Position numbers and translations under genes: made by a program. From assembly GCA_963833125.1 (NCBI GenBank), contig CAWHWX010000028.1, positions 1 through 64,000 on the forward strand: DNA of 64,000 nt, read 5' to 3'. Each line of letters begins with the position of its first letter. The first letter of the stretch is position 1. Positions 50,721-60,276 of the stretch are shown piece by piece. The notes beneath the pieces were generated by a model. That model did no database searches and was not told where the DNA came from. It saw only the letters and a list, made by a program, of their open reading frames with translations. Origin of the DNA: Candidatus Bathyarchaeota archaeon (lineage in GTDB: Archaea; Thermoproteota; Bathyarchaeia; 40CM-2-53-6).

Positions 50721-52046
50721 ATGAAGATACGCGGGTTGGTTGTGGCCATTGTTGTTTTGGGGGCGCTCACCGGGACCCTTTACTGGTCCAACCGTCACAA
50801 ATCCGCCGAGACCGCAGAAGCTCCGGCCGATGTTCCTCCGAGAATTCTGACTCTCAAAGAAGCGGACATTGTCGGCCTCACGATCAAGAAGAAGGATGCC
50901 TCCGAAATCAAATTGAAAAAGGACGGTGCTGATTGGCGCATCGTCGCGCCGGCTCCTTTCGCCGCGGATCAGTCTGCGGTCTCCGCAATGGTTTCGACGA
51001 TGGCAGCACTCGACTCGCAACGACTGGTGGAACAGAAAACCAGCGATTTAAGTCCGTATGGATTATCCGAACCACCGCTTGCCGTCGAGGTCACCGAAAA
51101 AGACAACAAAACTCAGCAGCTGCTAATCGGAGACAACACGCCTACGGGTAACGGCGTCTACGCGAAACTCGAGGGCGATCCTCGTGTGTTTACTATCGCC
51201 AGTTTTAATAAAACCAGTCTGGACAAGGGCCTCAACGACCTGCGCGATAAGCGGCTGATAACGGCCCTTCCGGACAAGATCATCCGCGTTGGGATGGCCC
51301 GCAAGCAGGGCGACATCGAGTTTGGACGCGATAAGGATCAATGGCAGATTGTGAAGCCTAAACCGATGCGCGCCGACAGTTCGCAGGTAGATGATCTGGT
51401 GCGGGCCCTTACGGACGCCAAGACGGATCTGAGTTCCGACTCTGATTCCAAAAAGAACGTCTCGGCATTTGCTTCCGGCACGCCAGTTGCTTCCGCGAAG
51501 CTCACCACGGAATCAGGCACACAACAACTTCAGGTCCGCAAAAGCAAAGATGACTACTACGCAAAGACCAGCGTGGTAGATGGTGTGTACAAAGTTTCTG
51601 GCAGTCTAGGGCAGGAACTCGAGAAGAAGCTAGAAGACTTTCGCAATAAGAAGCTGTTCGATTTCGCTTTCGCCGAGCCCAATAAAGTCGAGATGCACGA
51701 CGGCGCCAAGTCCTATTTCTTCACGCGTAGTAGGAATGACTGGTGGTCGGCGGATGGGAAAAAGCTGGATGCGGAAAGCATCGAGCAATTGATCGGAAAG
51801 CTTCGCGACCTCCAGGCGAGCAAATTTGCCGATTCTGGCTTTGCCAGTCCGGTGGTCGAGATTACAGTTACGTCCAACGATGGCAAACGAATCGAGAAAG
51901 TCTTAATTGCCAAGGCGTCCAGCGGGAAGGAAGACATCGCTATACGCCAAAACGAACCGGCGCTCTATCTGTTGGATGAGAGCGCCGTCGCAGAACTGCA
52001 GAAGCTGGCGAGTGATGTCAAGCCTGCTACGACTTCGAAAAAGTGA
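50721..52046 (+). CDS. DUF4340 domain-containing protein
   Basis: N-terminal anchor, repeated WRIVAP..AD / WQIVKP..AD units, DLSPYGL, LRDKRL / FRNKKL; usual position after gldG. Confidence 0.82.
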   Translation: MKIRGLVVAIVVLGALTGTLYWSNRHKSAETAEAPADVPPRILTLKEADIVGLTIKKKDASEIKLKKDGADWRIVAPAPFAADQSAVSAMVSTMAALDSQRLVEQKTSDLSPYGLSEPPLAVEVTEKDNKTQQLLIGDNTPTGNGVYAKLEGDPRVFTIASFNKTSLDKGLNDLRDKRLITALPDKIIRVGMARKQGDIEFGRDKDQWQIVKPKPMRADSSQVDDLVRALTDAKTDLSSDSDSKKNVSAFASGTPVASAKLTTESGTQQLQVRKSKDDYYAKTSVVDGVYKVSGSLGQELEKKLEDFRNKKLFDFAFAEPNKVEMHDGAKSYFFTRSRNDWWSADGKKLDAESIEQLIGKLRDLQASKFADSGFASPVVEITVTSNDGKRIEKVLIAKASSGKEDIAIRQNEPALYLLDESAVAELQKLASDVKPATTSKK

Positions 52047-52089
52047 CGCAAAGATCCTATCTATTCGAATGCATCGAAAGTTCGGGAAC

Positions 52090-52404
52090 CTAATTTTCCC
52101 AAACCGTGTTGGCCTTCTTGGCGGTTAGGCGTTCTTTTTTCAGCATGCGGGCCGTGTCACCCAGGGGCACTACATTGACCTTGGGCGCCAGTTCCCACAA
52201 CGGCCGTTCGCCCTGGGCCACGAGCGAGCTTGACCTCTCCATTACGTTTTGTGGTTCGCTCATTGCTTGTTGGGATGCATGAGCCGCATGGCTGGTAAAT
52301 TCAATCACGACCGGTTCGTTGTTCAGCACTCCGCTGCCCACGGAACTCTGCGCCAGTGCCGCCGAAGTGACCAGAAAGCAGAACATAACTACAAGGGTCT
52401 TCAT
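52090..52404 (-). CDS. Small secreted hypothetical protein
   Basis: Signal peptide MKTLVVMFCFLVTSAALA; QGERPLWE and PLGDTAR motifs. Confidence 0.65.
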   Translation of the reverse strand: MKTLVVMFCFLVTSAALAQSSVGSGVLNNEPVVIEFTSHAAHASQQAMSEPQNVMERSSSLVAQGERPLWELAPKVNVVPLGDTARMLKKERLTAKKANTVWEN

Positions 52405-52694
52405 AGTTTTCACCTTCCCAGAGAGGCAATGCGCGATCACTGACTCGTTCGCCAGCGTCGCTTACATAGCGAATGGAGCAATCCCAATACCAAAATCTGC
52501 GGGGTTAATTTCTTGGGTTGCAATCCTACTTGCGGGGAAAGACGCAAAGTTTTGCACAATTATGGCGGATGCTGTCTGACCTTCCGCTGTCAGCGAGGCG
52601 GTTGTTCCGCTTTTTCTGCTGCTTCAAGCGGAGGCTCACCGTTGCGTTGGAGAGACGAAATCTGGAACCATCCACTCGGGCGGATCCAACACTG

Positions 52695-52922
52695 TTAGTC
52701 GGTGCGCGGGCTTCGGGGTGCTCTGGCGGGCGCAGGCTGCGATTGCCGATCTTCCGGCTCGACCAGCCGGCCTGTCCTGGTCATAGTAGAGCAGTCAAAT
52801 TCGTAGGCCGCTCCGCAAATCAGACACACCTGATAGTCCTGGCCGCGCAGGCCGGTATGCGGCCAGGAAAAACGATGCCGGCAACACATCTGCAAGAACC
52901 GTTTGAACAATTGCACGGTCAT
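52695..52922 (-). CDS. Small Cys/His (CxH...CxxC) putative zinc-finger protein
   Basis: CRHRFSWP...YQVCLICGAAYEFD. Confidence 0.6.
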   Translation of the reverse strand: MTVQLFKRFLQMCCRHRFSWPHTGLRGQDYQVCLICGAAYEFDCSTMTRTGRLVEPEDRQSQPAPARAPRSPRTD

Positions 52923-53338
52923 GCTGGTCTCGGCCTTTGGCTCGGGTGATCGGAGTGGCACACTGGTCCCCACATGAATGCTCCTGTGATGAGAATGGAC
53001 GGGATTGCTTAGACGAGTTCAGCTTACTCTAAATTCGCGGAATCGCGAGCGCACATTGGTTCATATCAGGCGAGTGATTGGCCAGCATTCCGTCTGATTA
53101 CCGTCCCTGAGTTCAGTCCGAAAGCGCCACTGGATATGGCTTTTGCCAAGTATTACCCTGTCCCGCGGGTCACAGGGTAACGTGCCGCAGACGCGCACCA
53201 CCATGGCCAATCGAACATTTCGTAGAGATACCACTGGGGTGAGGTTTTTTGGCGAAGACGCGGTAACGTATTCCAATACGAGACGCCAGCCCATTTTGGG
53301 TCTCGCACCGCATCCCGTCGCAAAAGAGGGCCAACCTT

Positions 53339-54787
53339 ATGCACACTGCAATTTCACCGGACACTCTACGGCGCAGCTCGAGGGTACCGCTCGCCCTCCC
53401 CATTCTGGTCACCAGCATGGCGCCCAATATCGACTTTTCCGAAGTTTGTGAAACCCTGGTCGTCAACGCGCATGGCTGTGCGGTGCGTTCGCCTGCGAAG
53501 CTGGAACCGGGGGTCCCCGTGTATTTTCACAGTATGGAAGGGAAGCAAACGACGGCTCATGTTGTGGACTGCGAACCTCTGGAATCAGATCACCAGAGCT
53601 GGAGAGTCGGGGCACGGCTCGACCAGCCAGATAATTTTTGGGGAGTGAATCCGTGCCCGAAAGATTGGACGGCATTACCCGTCATGCCGGCGGCCAGCGA
53701 CTCCCAGCTTTCAACAAAATCCAGCAAGGATGTGAAGACTGCGCCTCGCTCGCAATCCTCCCTAAAGGTTGTCCCCCACCAGAGCCATCTCAGCGAGCAG
53801 CTTTCCGAAGAACGCCTGCGGACTTTGATTGCGGAGATGGTGCAGCCGCTGCATGCGGAAGTGACCACCCTGCGGGAACGTCTGGCGCGGCCCGAACCCA
53901 AACGCAGCCAGTTCGAGGTCTCCCTCTCTTACATTCCACCGGAGCTGGAAGAGAAACTCTGGCAGCGCTTGCGGCAGGATTTGGGCGCGCAAGTCCTGCA
54001 GCACGCCAGCCAGCAAGCAGAACAAGTGCTCGGAACCGCCAACGCAAACATCGAGCAGAAAATTGCTGGAGCACAAAACGAATTTCGGCAGCACCTAACC
54101 CAGGAACTGCAGTCTGTTGAGGCGAAGTCGCAACGGATTTCGGAAGAAATGGAAGACGGCATCCGTCAGCAATTCCATGCCGGCCTGGAGAAATTTCAGC
54201 AGCACGCCTCGCAGGCGGGAACTCATCTCGCTATGCGCAGTGAACAATTTTTCCAGAGTTTGCAGCAGCGGCTGGACGAGGAACATAGCGCGCGCCTGCG
54301 TGAAATCGGACAGGTTCAGGGCGCGATTACTGCGGAATCCGCGCGCCAGCAGGAGGCGGTCGGAGAGCTCGGCAGCCGGGTGGCTAAACTCGATGAATTT
54401 GCCCGCAGACTGGAATCCGATCTGGACATGCGCCTGGCACAAATGTCGAGCGAGATTATTTCCCGCACCCGCACGCAGCTTGAAAACAATGTGGGAGCAA
54501 TTCTCAAGCAGATGGAAACCCGCAATGCCGCCCAACTTGGCAGCCAGCTCGAAGCAGCCTGCGGGCACATGAAGATGATGCAGCAGGAGATCGAAACCTC
54601 GGTTTCTGAGTCGTTGCGGACACACGCCGAGGAAACGGTACGATCCTTCGAGCAGGCGATGGACGAATTGGCAGGGCACGCGGTGGGCCGCTGGCGGCGC
54701 GCTTTGGCTCGCGACTTGGGCTCCGTGGCCAGAATTCTGGGCGACGAGGTGCGTCTCGAAGTGGTATCCGACGGTACCAACCGGTAG
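53339..54787 (+). CDS. PilZ-like domain plus long coiled-coil protein
   Basis: RRSSRV (RxxxR) and TLVVNAHG at the N-terminus; Q/E/L-rich heptads over roughly the last 300 aa. Confidence 0.75.
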   Translation: MHTAISPDTLRRSSRVPLALPILVTSMAPNIDFSEVCETLVVNAHGCAVRSPAKLEPGVPVYFHSMEGKQTTAHVVDCEPLESDHQSWRVGARLDQPDNFWGVNPCPKDWTALPVMPAASDSQLSTKSSKDVKTAPRSQSSLKVVPHQSHLSEQLSEERLRTLIAEMVQPLHAEVTTLRERLARPEPKRSQFEVSLSYIPPELEEKLWQRLRQDLGAQVLQHASQQAEQVLGTANANIEQKIAGAQNEFRQHLTQELQSVEAKSQRISEEMEDGIRQQFHAGLEKFQQHASQAGTHLAMRSEQFFQSLQQRLDEEHSARLREIGQVQGAITAESARQQEAVGELGSRVAKLDEFARRLESDLDMRLAQMSSEIISRTRTQLENNVGAILKQMETRNAAQLGSQLEAACGHMKMMQQEIETSVSESLRTHAEETVRSFEQAMDELAGHAVGRWRRALARDLGSVARILGDEVRLEVVSDGTNR

Positions 54788-54868
54788 CTGTCGGCGCCTC
54801 TCTTCGGTGAAGGGTGATCTCAATTATGCTTAGCGCATCGGTAGGATCGTTCCTACCGTTGGATACGA

Positions 54869-55900
54869 TCACGCAGTGAGAGTGTGCGGGGTGCTTGTCC
54901 TTTTGGGCAGGCGGCAACTCGACTCTCGAACCATCAGCGTTGGTTCGATATAGATCGGCGCTTTGGGGGCAGGCTTTCCCGTCATTATTCCGATAAGGAC
55001 GGACGCCGCAGCCTTTCCAATCTCGATAGAATGCGTATCCACAGTGCTCAAGGGAACACGTAAGTCCTCGCCATAGCGTACGCTGCCCACCCCGATGATG
55101 CCGAGGTCGTGGGGTACCCGCAATCCCTGTTCCTGGATCGCTCGCATTGCACCAATTGCTACCGGGTCGCTGGCGGCGAATATTGCATCGGGCCGAGGGC
55201 GCAATTGTAGGAGTTGTCTTGTCGCCTCATATCCTCCAGCCTCTCCCAGTGCGTCCACGACGAAATTACGGCGAACACGCATACCCGCCTCCCGCAGCGC
55301 CCGCACATATCCCTGATAGCGGCCTAGCCCGGTGGGCACGATGCGCCTGCACAAATGCGCGATTTCGCGGTACCCTTGTGCGACCAAGTGTTTCGTTGCC
55401 ATGAACCCAATACGTTCATCGTCCGCACCCACGAATGGCGACGACTGATAGAAGCGGTCAAACAACACAAAGGGCACGCCGGATGCTTCCATAATTTTCT
55501 TGACCGCATTTTTACCCGGGGGATGGGCGGAGGCGATGATCAGTCCATCCACCTGCCTGTCCACGAGCGTCGTAATCTCCTCATCTTCCTGTGCCGGAAC
55601 GTCATCCGTATAAGCGATTGCAAGATGATACCCCGCGTTTCGCGCAACCAGGTTGATCCCTTCCAAGACGCTGGGGTAGAAAGAACGAGACAGGTTGGGA
55701 ACCACGACCCCTATGACATGAGATTCTTGCAGGGCCAAACTGCGCGCCAGCCGGTTGGGGCGATAATTCAGTTCCTTAACCTTTTTTAGAACGCGTTTTC
55801 GGGTCGCCTCGTTAAAATCTTCACGATTTTGGAGGATAGCGCTCACCGTGGAGATGGACAAATTCAGAGCCTGCGCCACATCTTTGAGTCGAACTGGCAT
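54869..55900 (-). CDS. LacI family transcriptional regulator
   Basis: LKDVAQALNLSISTVS HTH, YRPNRLARSL, VDGLII, PDAIFAASD, PLSTV. Confidence 0.95.
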   Translation of the reverse strand: MPVRLKDVAQALNLSISTVSAILQNREDFNEATRKRVLKKVKELNYRPNRLARSLALQESHVIGVVVPNLSRSFYPSVLEGINLVARNAGYHLAIAYTDDVPAQEDEEITTLVDRQVDGLIIASAHPPGKNAVKKIMEASGVPFVLFDRFYQSSPFVGADDERIGFMATKHLVAQGYREIAHLCRRIVPTGLGRYQGYVRALREAGMRVRRNFVVDALGEAGGYEATRQLLQLRPRPDAIFAASDPVAIGAMRAIQEQGLRVPHDLGIIGVGSVRYGEDLRVPLSTVDTHSIEIGKAAASVLIGIMTGKPAPKAPIYIEPTLMVRESSCRLPKRTSTPHTLTA

Positions 55901-55920
55901 GGCGGCGGACGCACTCCTTT

Positions 55921-56039
55921 TGAACCGCGTTCATCTGGATCCAGTCATCAAATCGGAAGGCGAACTATTGTAAATGACGAACAGATTCAGACGCTTCGTC
56001 GCCATCGGAGTCTGGTCAATTTGCGTTGAACTATGTTCA
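55921..56039. promoter_or_regulatory. Two TGAAC-N3-GTTCA palindromes (55921-55933 and 56027-56039), candidate operators of the adjacent LacI
   Basis: Both lie in the divergent intergenic region between lacI and the receptor remnant. Confidence 0.55.
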
Positions 56040-56143
56040 GTGTTCCGTGGTCAGAGAGTCTGGGCCGGGCGGCCAGCGCGTATGGCAATACGGCGGCTTG
56101 AATCGCGGACAATCAACCGGGGCTCTAGAAAAACAGGTCCTGG

Positions 56144-56992
56144 TGGCCAACCTTCAGCGGCACCGTGGCCCAAGCCTTGCGTCCGTTCCCGCAGTACACA
56201 GGTATTGGCCAGCCCATGCAAACCTCCGGTTGGTCCCATTACAATGCCCTGCAAATGAAAGCACAGCGGCAGTTTAGCAATGGATTCTCGCTCTTTGTCA
56301 CCTACACGTATGCCAGCCTCCTGACGACCTCCGAGTCACAGCACCAATACCTCGATGCGACCGGTGGTTCACAAAACAGTTATAACTACTCTGGGGAAGA
56401 GACGCCGTCTGCTTCTCTTCCTCCACAAGTGCTGAATGTCGCGTACGTTTATGAACTGCCTTTCGGTCGCGGCAAGAAATTCGGTCCTCACTCCGGTGCC
56501 GCAAACGCAGTATTCGGAGGCTGGAGGGTTTCAGCTATTCAGCGCTACCAGTCGGGAACACCGATTGCAATAGGCCTCGGCGAAACTCCAACGCAACCAG
56601 GTCCATTGTTCAACAACGCATTTCGTCCCGATTTCACTGGTTTACCGATCAAGGCGCAGTGGGTAGGGAAGTTTAATCCATATACTGATGTTTATTTGAA
56701 CCCAGCCGCATTTTCTATCCCCGCTCCCTTTACCTTAGGGAACGTTCCTCGCACCCTGGGAAGTGTCAGAACATTCGCCTGGTACAACGAAGATGTCAGT
56801 TTGGCCAAGGAGTTCAAAATTGGGGAGCGCTTTAACTTTACCCTCCAGGGTAGCGCCTTCAATATTTTCAACCGAACTCTCTTTGGCGGTCCGGACGGGG
56901 GCAACCCAGGCACCAATTCTGACTACGGGCATATTAATAGTCAGGCCAACTCCGCGCGTGTACTGCAAATTTCAGGTGACTTGAAGTTTTAA
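56144..56992 (+). pseudogene. 3' remnant of a TonB-dependent receptor gene
   Basis: Starts abruptly at PTFSGTVAQALRPFPQY; YELPFGRGK, AFNIFNR, RVLQISGDLKF; no signal peptide or plug domain. Confidence 0.85.
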
Positions 56993-57022
56993 GATTCTCT
57001 GAGGCGGAGTAAAAGAAACGAG

Positions 57023-57056
57023 AGCCGGCGTGCCACTCACGCCGGCTTGCTTTATT
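57023..57056 (+). terminator. Terminator-like hairpin after the receptor remnant
   Basis: AGCCGGCGTG-ccact-CACGCCGGCT followed by TGCTTTATT. Confidence 0.55.
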
Positions 57057-57280
57057 CCTTGGAAAGTAATTCTCTGGACGGTGTAAACAATCTGGCCTGC
57101 TGCTGATGGGCGATGGTATCTCTTGCGCACCTGCCGTGAAAAAGTGCTTTATTAGGGGTGATTGCGCAAAGCCTGATGTCGATCAACCGCTTGCCACAAG
57201 GCCACGTGGTAAAATTCTTACTAGCCCGAATGGCCGTACGCTGGGAACCCCTTCTGCCGCCAACGGTGAAAACACAATGC

Positions 57281-57357
57281 AGGCGCGTAGCTCAGTTGGT
57301 TAGAGCGCTACCTTGACACGGTAGAGGTCGCTGGTTCGAGTCCAGTCGTGCCTACCA
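57281..57357 (+). tRNA. tRNA-Val (GAC)
   Basis: AGGCGCGTAGCTCAGTTGGTTAGAGCGCTACCTTGACACGGTAGAGGTCGCTGGTTCGAGTCCAGTCGTGCCTACCA; 77 nt, anticodon GAC. Confidence 0.97.
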
Positions 57358-57573
57358 TTTATCCTATCAATCCGCCGCGAGCCGCGCGGTCTCTTCGGGT
57401 TTTCGTTTTAGAGGCCATTTTTTGATCTTAAAGTATGGTTTGCCGTGCCGAAGTCCAAGCTCGATAATCTGTAACTCCCCGCTTAGCCCCGGTAGACTTA
57501 TGGACAACTAATGAAAAAGGCAATTCATTTGTGCAATACTAACAAGCGACATCATCTTCAATAGGGTAGGCAT

Positions 57574-58731
57574 ATTCAAACGACCGATAAACCGCTAACG
57601 AACTTTCTCGTCCTCGACTTCAGCCAATTCCTTTCTGGATCACTGGCGACGTTACGCCTTGCCGACCTAGGGGCTCGTGTCATCAAGATTGAACGGCCAG
57701 GGAAGGGAGATCTTGGCAGGTCTTTATATATAAGCGGTAGCGCTGCGCACGGAGAGAACACGCTCTTTCAAGCGATCAACCGCAACAAAGAAAGTTATGC
57801 CGCCGATCTGAAAAACCCGCAGGACATGGATAGGTTGCAAAAGCTGATCGCGCGGGCCGATGTCATGGTGCAGAATTTTCGGCCGGGAGTGATGGAACGT
57901 CTCGGACTTGGCCATGAGCGTGTGTCCGGGCTCAATCCCAAGTTGGTTTATGCTGCCGTTACCGGCTACGGGACGGCGGAGGCATGGCGGGACCGCCCGG
58001 GACAGGATCTGCTAGCGCAGGCTCGCTCGGGAATCATGTGGCTGAGCGGGAATGAAGGCGACCCGCCGACTCCCATGGCGCTGGCTGCTGCCGATATGCT
58101 CGCAGGTCACAATCTTTGCGAGGGCATTCTGGCGTGTTTGGTGCGCCGCGGTATCACGGGGCGCGGCGGGCTGGTCGAGACCAGCTTGATCGAGTCAATA
58201 CTGGATTTTCAATTTGAGGTTCTCACCGTTCATTTGAACGATGGCCGCAAGCTTCCACGGCGCGCAGCCTTTCGCAATGCCCACGCGTATCTAGCCGCTC
58301 CCTACGGCGTTTACGATACTGCGGATGGGCACCTCGCGCTTGCTATGAATCATCTGCCCACCTTGGCGGAGTTGCTCGGGCTACCCAAACTCGCTAAGTT
58401 TAGCGACTCAGCCGCTTTTCAAAATCGGGATGAGATCAAGAATGTTATCGCGGCTCGCCTGCGGGAGCACACGACCCAACACTGGCTCAAAATACTGGAT
58501 GCCGCCGACATGTGGTGTGCGGAGGTGTTGGACTGGCCCTCTCTCCTCGAGAGCGAAGCCATGCGACAACTCAAAATGGTGCAACAACTCAGTGGCAGCG
58601 AGGGCGATTGCGACGGAATTCTCACGACCCGTTGTCCGGTTCGCCTCGATGGCGAGATGCTGACGAGTAATCGTTTCGCACCCAAGGTTGGCGAACATAC
58701 CGGAAAAATTCAACAGGAATTTGGGATTTAG
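57574..58731 (+). CDS. CoA-transferase family III (CaiB/BaiF)
   Basis: Frame stays open upstream of ATG 57826 with KPLTNFLVLDFSQFLSG...LADLGARVIKIERP and NRNKES; NFRPGVMERLGLG, PGQD, APKVGEHT. The most plausible start in the extension is ATT 57574. Confidence 0.88.
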   Translation: MQTTDKPLTNFLVLDFSQFLSGSLATLRLADLGARVIKIERPGKGDLGRSLYISGSAAHGENTLFQAINRNKESYAADLKNPQDMDRLQKLIARADVMVQNFRPGVMERLGLGHERVSGLNPKLVYAAVTGYGTAEAWRDRPGQDLLAQARSGIMWLSGNEGDPPTPMALAAADMLAGHNLCEGILACLVRRGITGRGGLVETSLIESILDFQFEVLTVHLNDGRKLPRRAAFRNAHAYLAAPYGVYDTADGHLALAMNHLPTLAELLGLPKLAKFSDSAAFQNRDEIKNVIAARLREHTTQHWLKILDAADMWCAEVLDWPSLLESEAMRQLKMVQQLSGSEGDCDGILTTRCPVRLDGEMLTSNRFAPKVGEHTGKIQQEFGI

Positions 58732-58785
58732 ATATTGGTTTCCGTCGCCACTTCTAATTGGAGCGGGGTCAGCGGTTTCTCCGTT

Positions 58786-59589
58786 TTACACGGCAAAAAG
58801 AACTTTGCCGCCAATGACCGATGAGAGTTCGGTGCTTGCCATTCGCAATGCTTCCTTTACTTGGGCTGGGCCAATCGAGTTATCCACCCATGGCAACAAG
58901 GGAACCGTCATGGCTGCGATTGCTTCGCCATGTTGATCGAGAACCGGGAACCCGATGTCAATAATTCCCTGTATCTGGTGGCTGGCCAGTTCTTCATTTC
59001 CCAACCGCCGAATGCGTGCCAGATGTTCTTGCAGATCCCGGGGAATTTTCTTGCCCGATTGACTCTGCCAGATGGCCAGCGAACGGGCGCAGGCTTCCTC
59101 GCTTTGAAACGCAAGGATCGTATGACCCGAGGTTGTATTGAGTAGATCGATTCTGGCGCCCAAGCGTACAGAAAACCCCATGGGGCCTGGCGGATCGGCC
59201 TTGGCGACGACGACTACTTCGCCATTGCTGAGCATGGCAAGATGGCACGACTGGCGGGTCTTGTCGGCTACGCGTTCCAGCAGGGGACGCGCCTCCGAAA
59301 CCAGGCGGTGCAACGGGGCGTGGCGCTGCGCCACTTCAAACAGCTTGAGCGTCAGAAAATAGCGGTCATCCGGCGGAATCTGGCAAATATACCCGCGTTG
59401 TTCGAGACGAACCAGCATGCGAAAAATCTCGCCCACGGTTCGGCCCAGACGGCGCGCGAGTTCACTGGCGGTTAATCCGTCCGATTCGGAGGCGAATAGT
59501 TCCAGAATATCGAGGCCTTTGTCGAGGGCAGGCGCTGCGTAACGCTTCTTTGGGGGCTTGCGCGATTGGCGTTCCGGTAGATTGCGCAT
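58786..59589 (-). CDS. IclR family transcriptional regulator
   Basis: YAAPALDKGLDILE, EIFRMLVRLEQRGY, QSCHLA, TTSG, PVLDQHGEAIAA. Confidence 0.92.
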   Translation of the reverse strand: MRNLPERQSRKPPKKRYAAPALDKGLDILELFASESDGLTASELARRLGRTVGEIFRMLVRLEQRGYICQIPPDDRYFLTLKLFEVAQRHAPLHRLVSEARPLLERVADKTRQSCHLAMLSNGEVVVVAKADPPGPMGFSVRLGARIDLLNTTSGHTILAFQSEEACARSLAIWQSQSGKKIPRDLQEHLARIRRLGNEELASHQIQGIIDIGFPVLDQHGEAIAAMTVPLLPWVDNSIGPAQVKEALRMASTELSSVIGGKVLFAV

Positions 59590-59808
59590 AGGCGAACCAG
59601 CCTACTACAACTTTGCACTGATGAAAATCGCCTGGCGCTTGGAAGATCTCGCCGATCCTGGAATCTCACCAAGGCCCATGCCATTCGTGGACAAGTTCCC
59701 AATCGTTTTGGACTGAGAATTGAGATTCGCACATAAAATGCTGGGGCTGACTGGATATCCATCGGGATGCACCATGTCGGATACGCGAACATAGCTTGCA
59801 CTCATGTA

Positions 59809-60152
59809 CCGGTTGATCAGGGACGTCACATAACCAGCACCAAACCCATTATCAATATTCTCTACGGTCACATTCGACGCGCAGGAGTTTATCATGCCCA
59901 GGAGGGCTGCGAGTCCGTTGAACGCAGCACCGTAGCCGATGCTTGTGGGCACCGCGGTGGCTGGCACGCCGACCAAGCCGCCGACCACGCTGGGCAGCGC
60001 GCCCTCCATGCCCGCGCAGACAAGCCGAGATCTTCAAAGGGGAGATGCCGCAGCCGCTCTACGGCCTCGTCAAGCGAAAGCCTGCCACCGCGAACTTGCT
60101 CAAGCAATTTGCGAACGAATTGTGCGCTGGGTTGGGACTTCCGGAATGTCAA
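59809..60152 (-). pseudogene. larB: larB (nickel-pincer cofactor carboxylase/hydrolase) remnant with a large internal deletion
   Basis: N-terminus [26 protein letters not shown] is joined out of frame near 60022 to [27 protein letters not shown]...NSCA...NIDNGFGAG. Confidence 0.85.
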
Positions 60153-60238
60153 GCGATGCGACCGCCTGGATAACGCGCAAATACTTCAGGATCGTATAAG
60201 GGAATATTTTGAAGTCGCCCTTGGAAAGCGGGTGATTA

Positions 60239-60258
60239 GATTCCCCCTCCCGGCACCA
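60239..60258 (+). mobile_element. tRNA 3'-end fragment (tRNA-Leu-like), probable att site
   Basis: GATTCCCCCTCCCGGCACCA resembles T-arm, acceptor stem and CCA, with no tRNA body upstream; 18 bp from the integrase stop codon. Confidence 0.6.
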
Positions 60259-60276
60259 GCAGTTTCTAACTGAGTG

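Noticed and set aside
52530-52570. GGAAAGACGCAAAG resembling the core of a c-di-GMP-I riboswitch near the PilZ-like gene
   Set aside because: It lacks the upstream GGCAAA/P2 stem and a convincing P3, and it is not in the leader of a same-strand gene.
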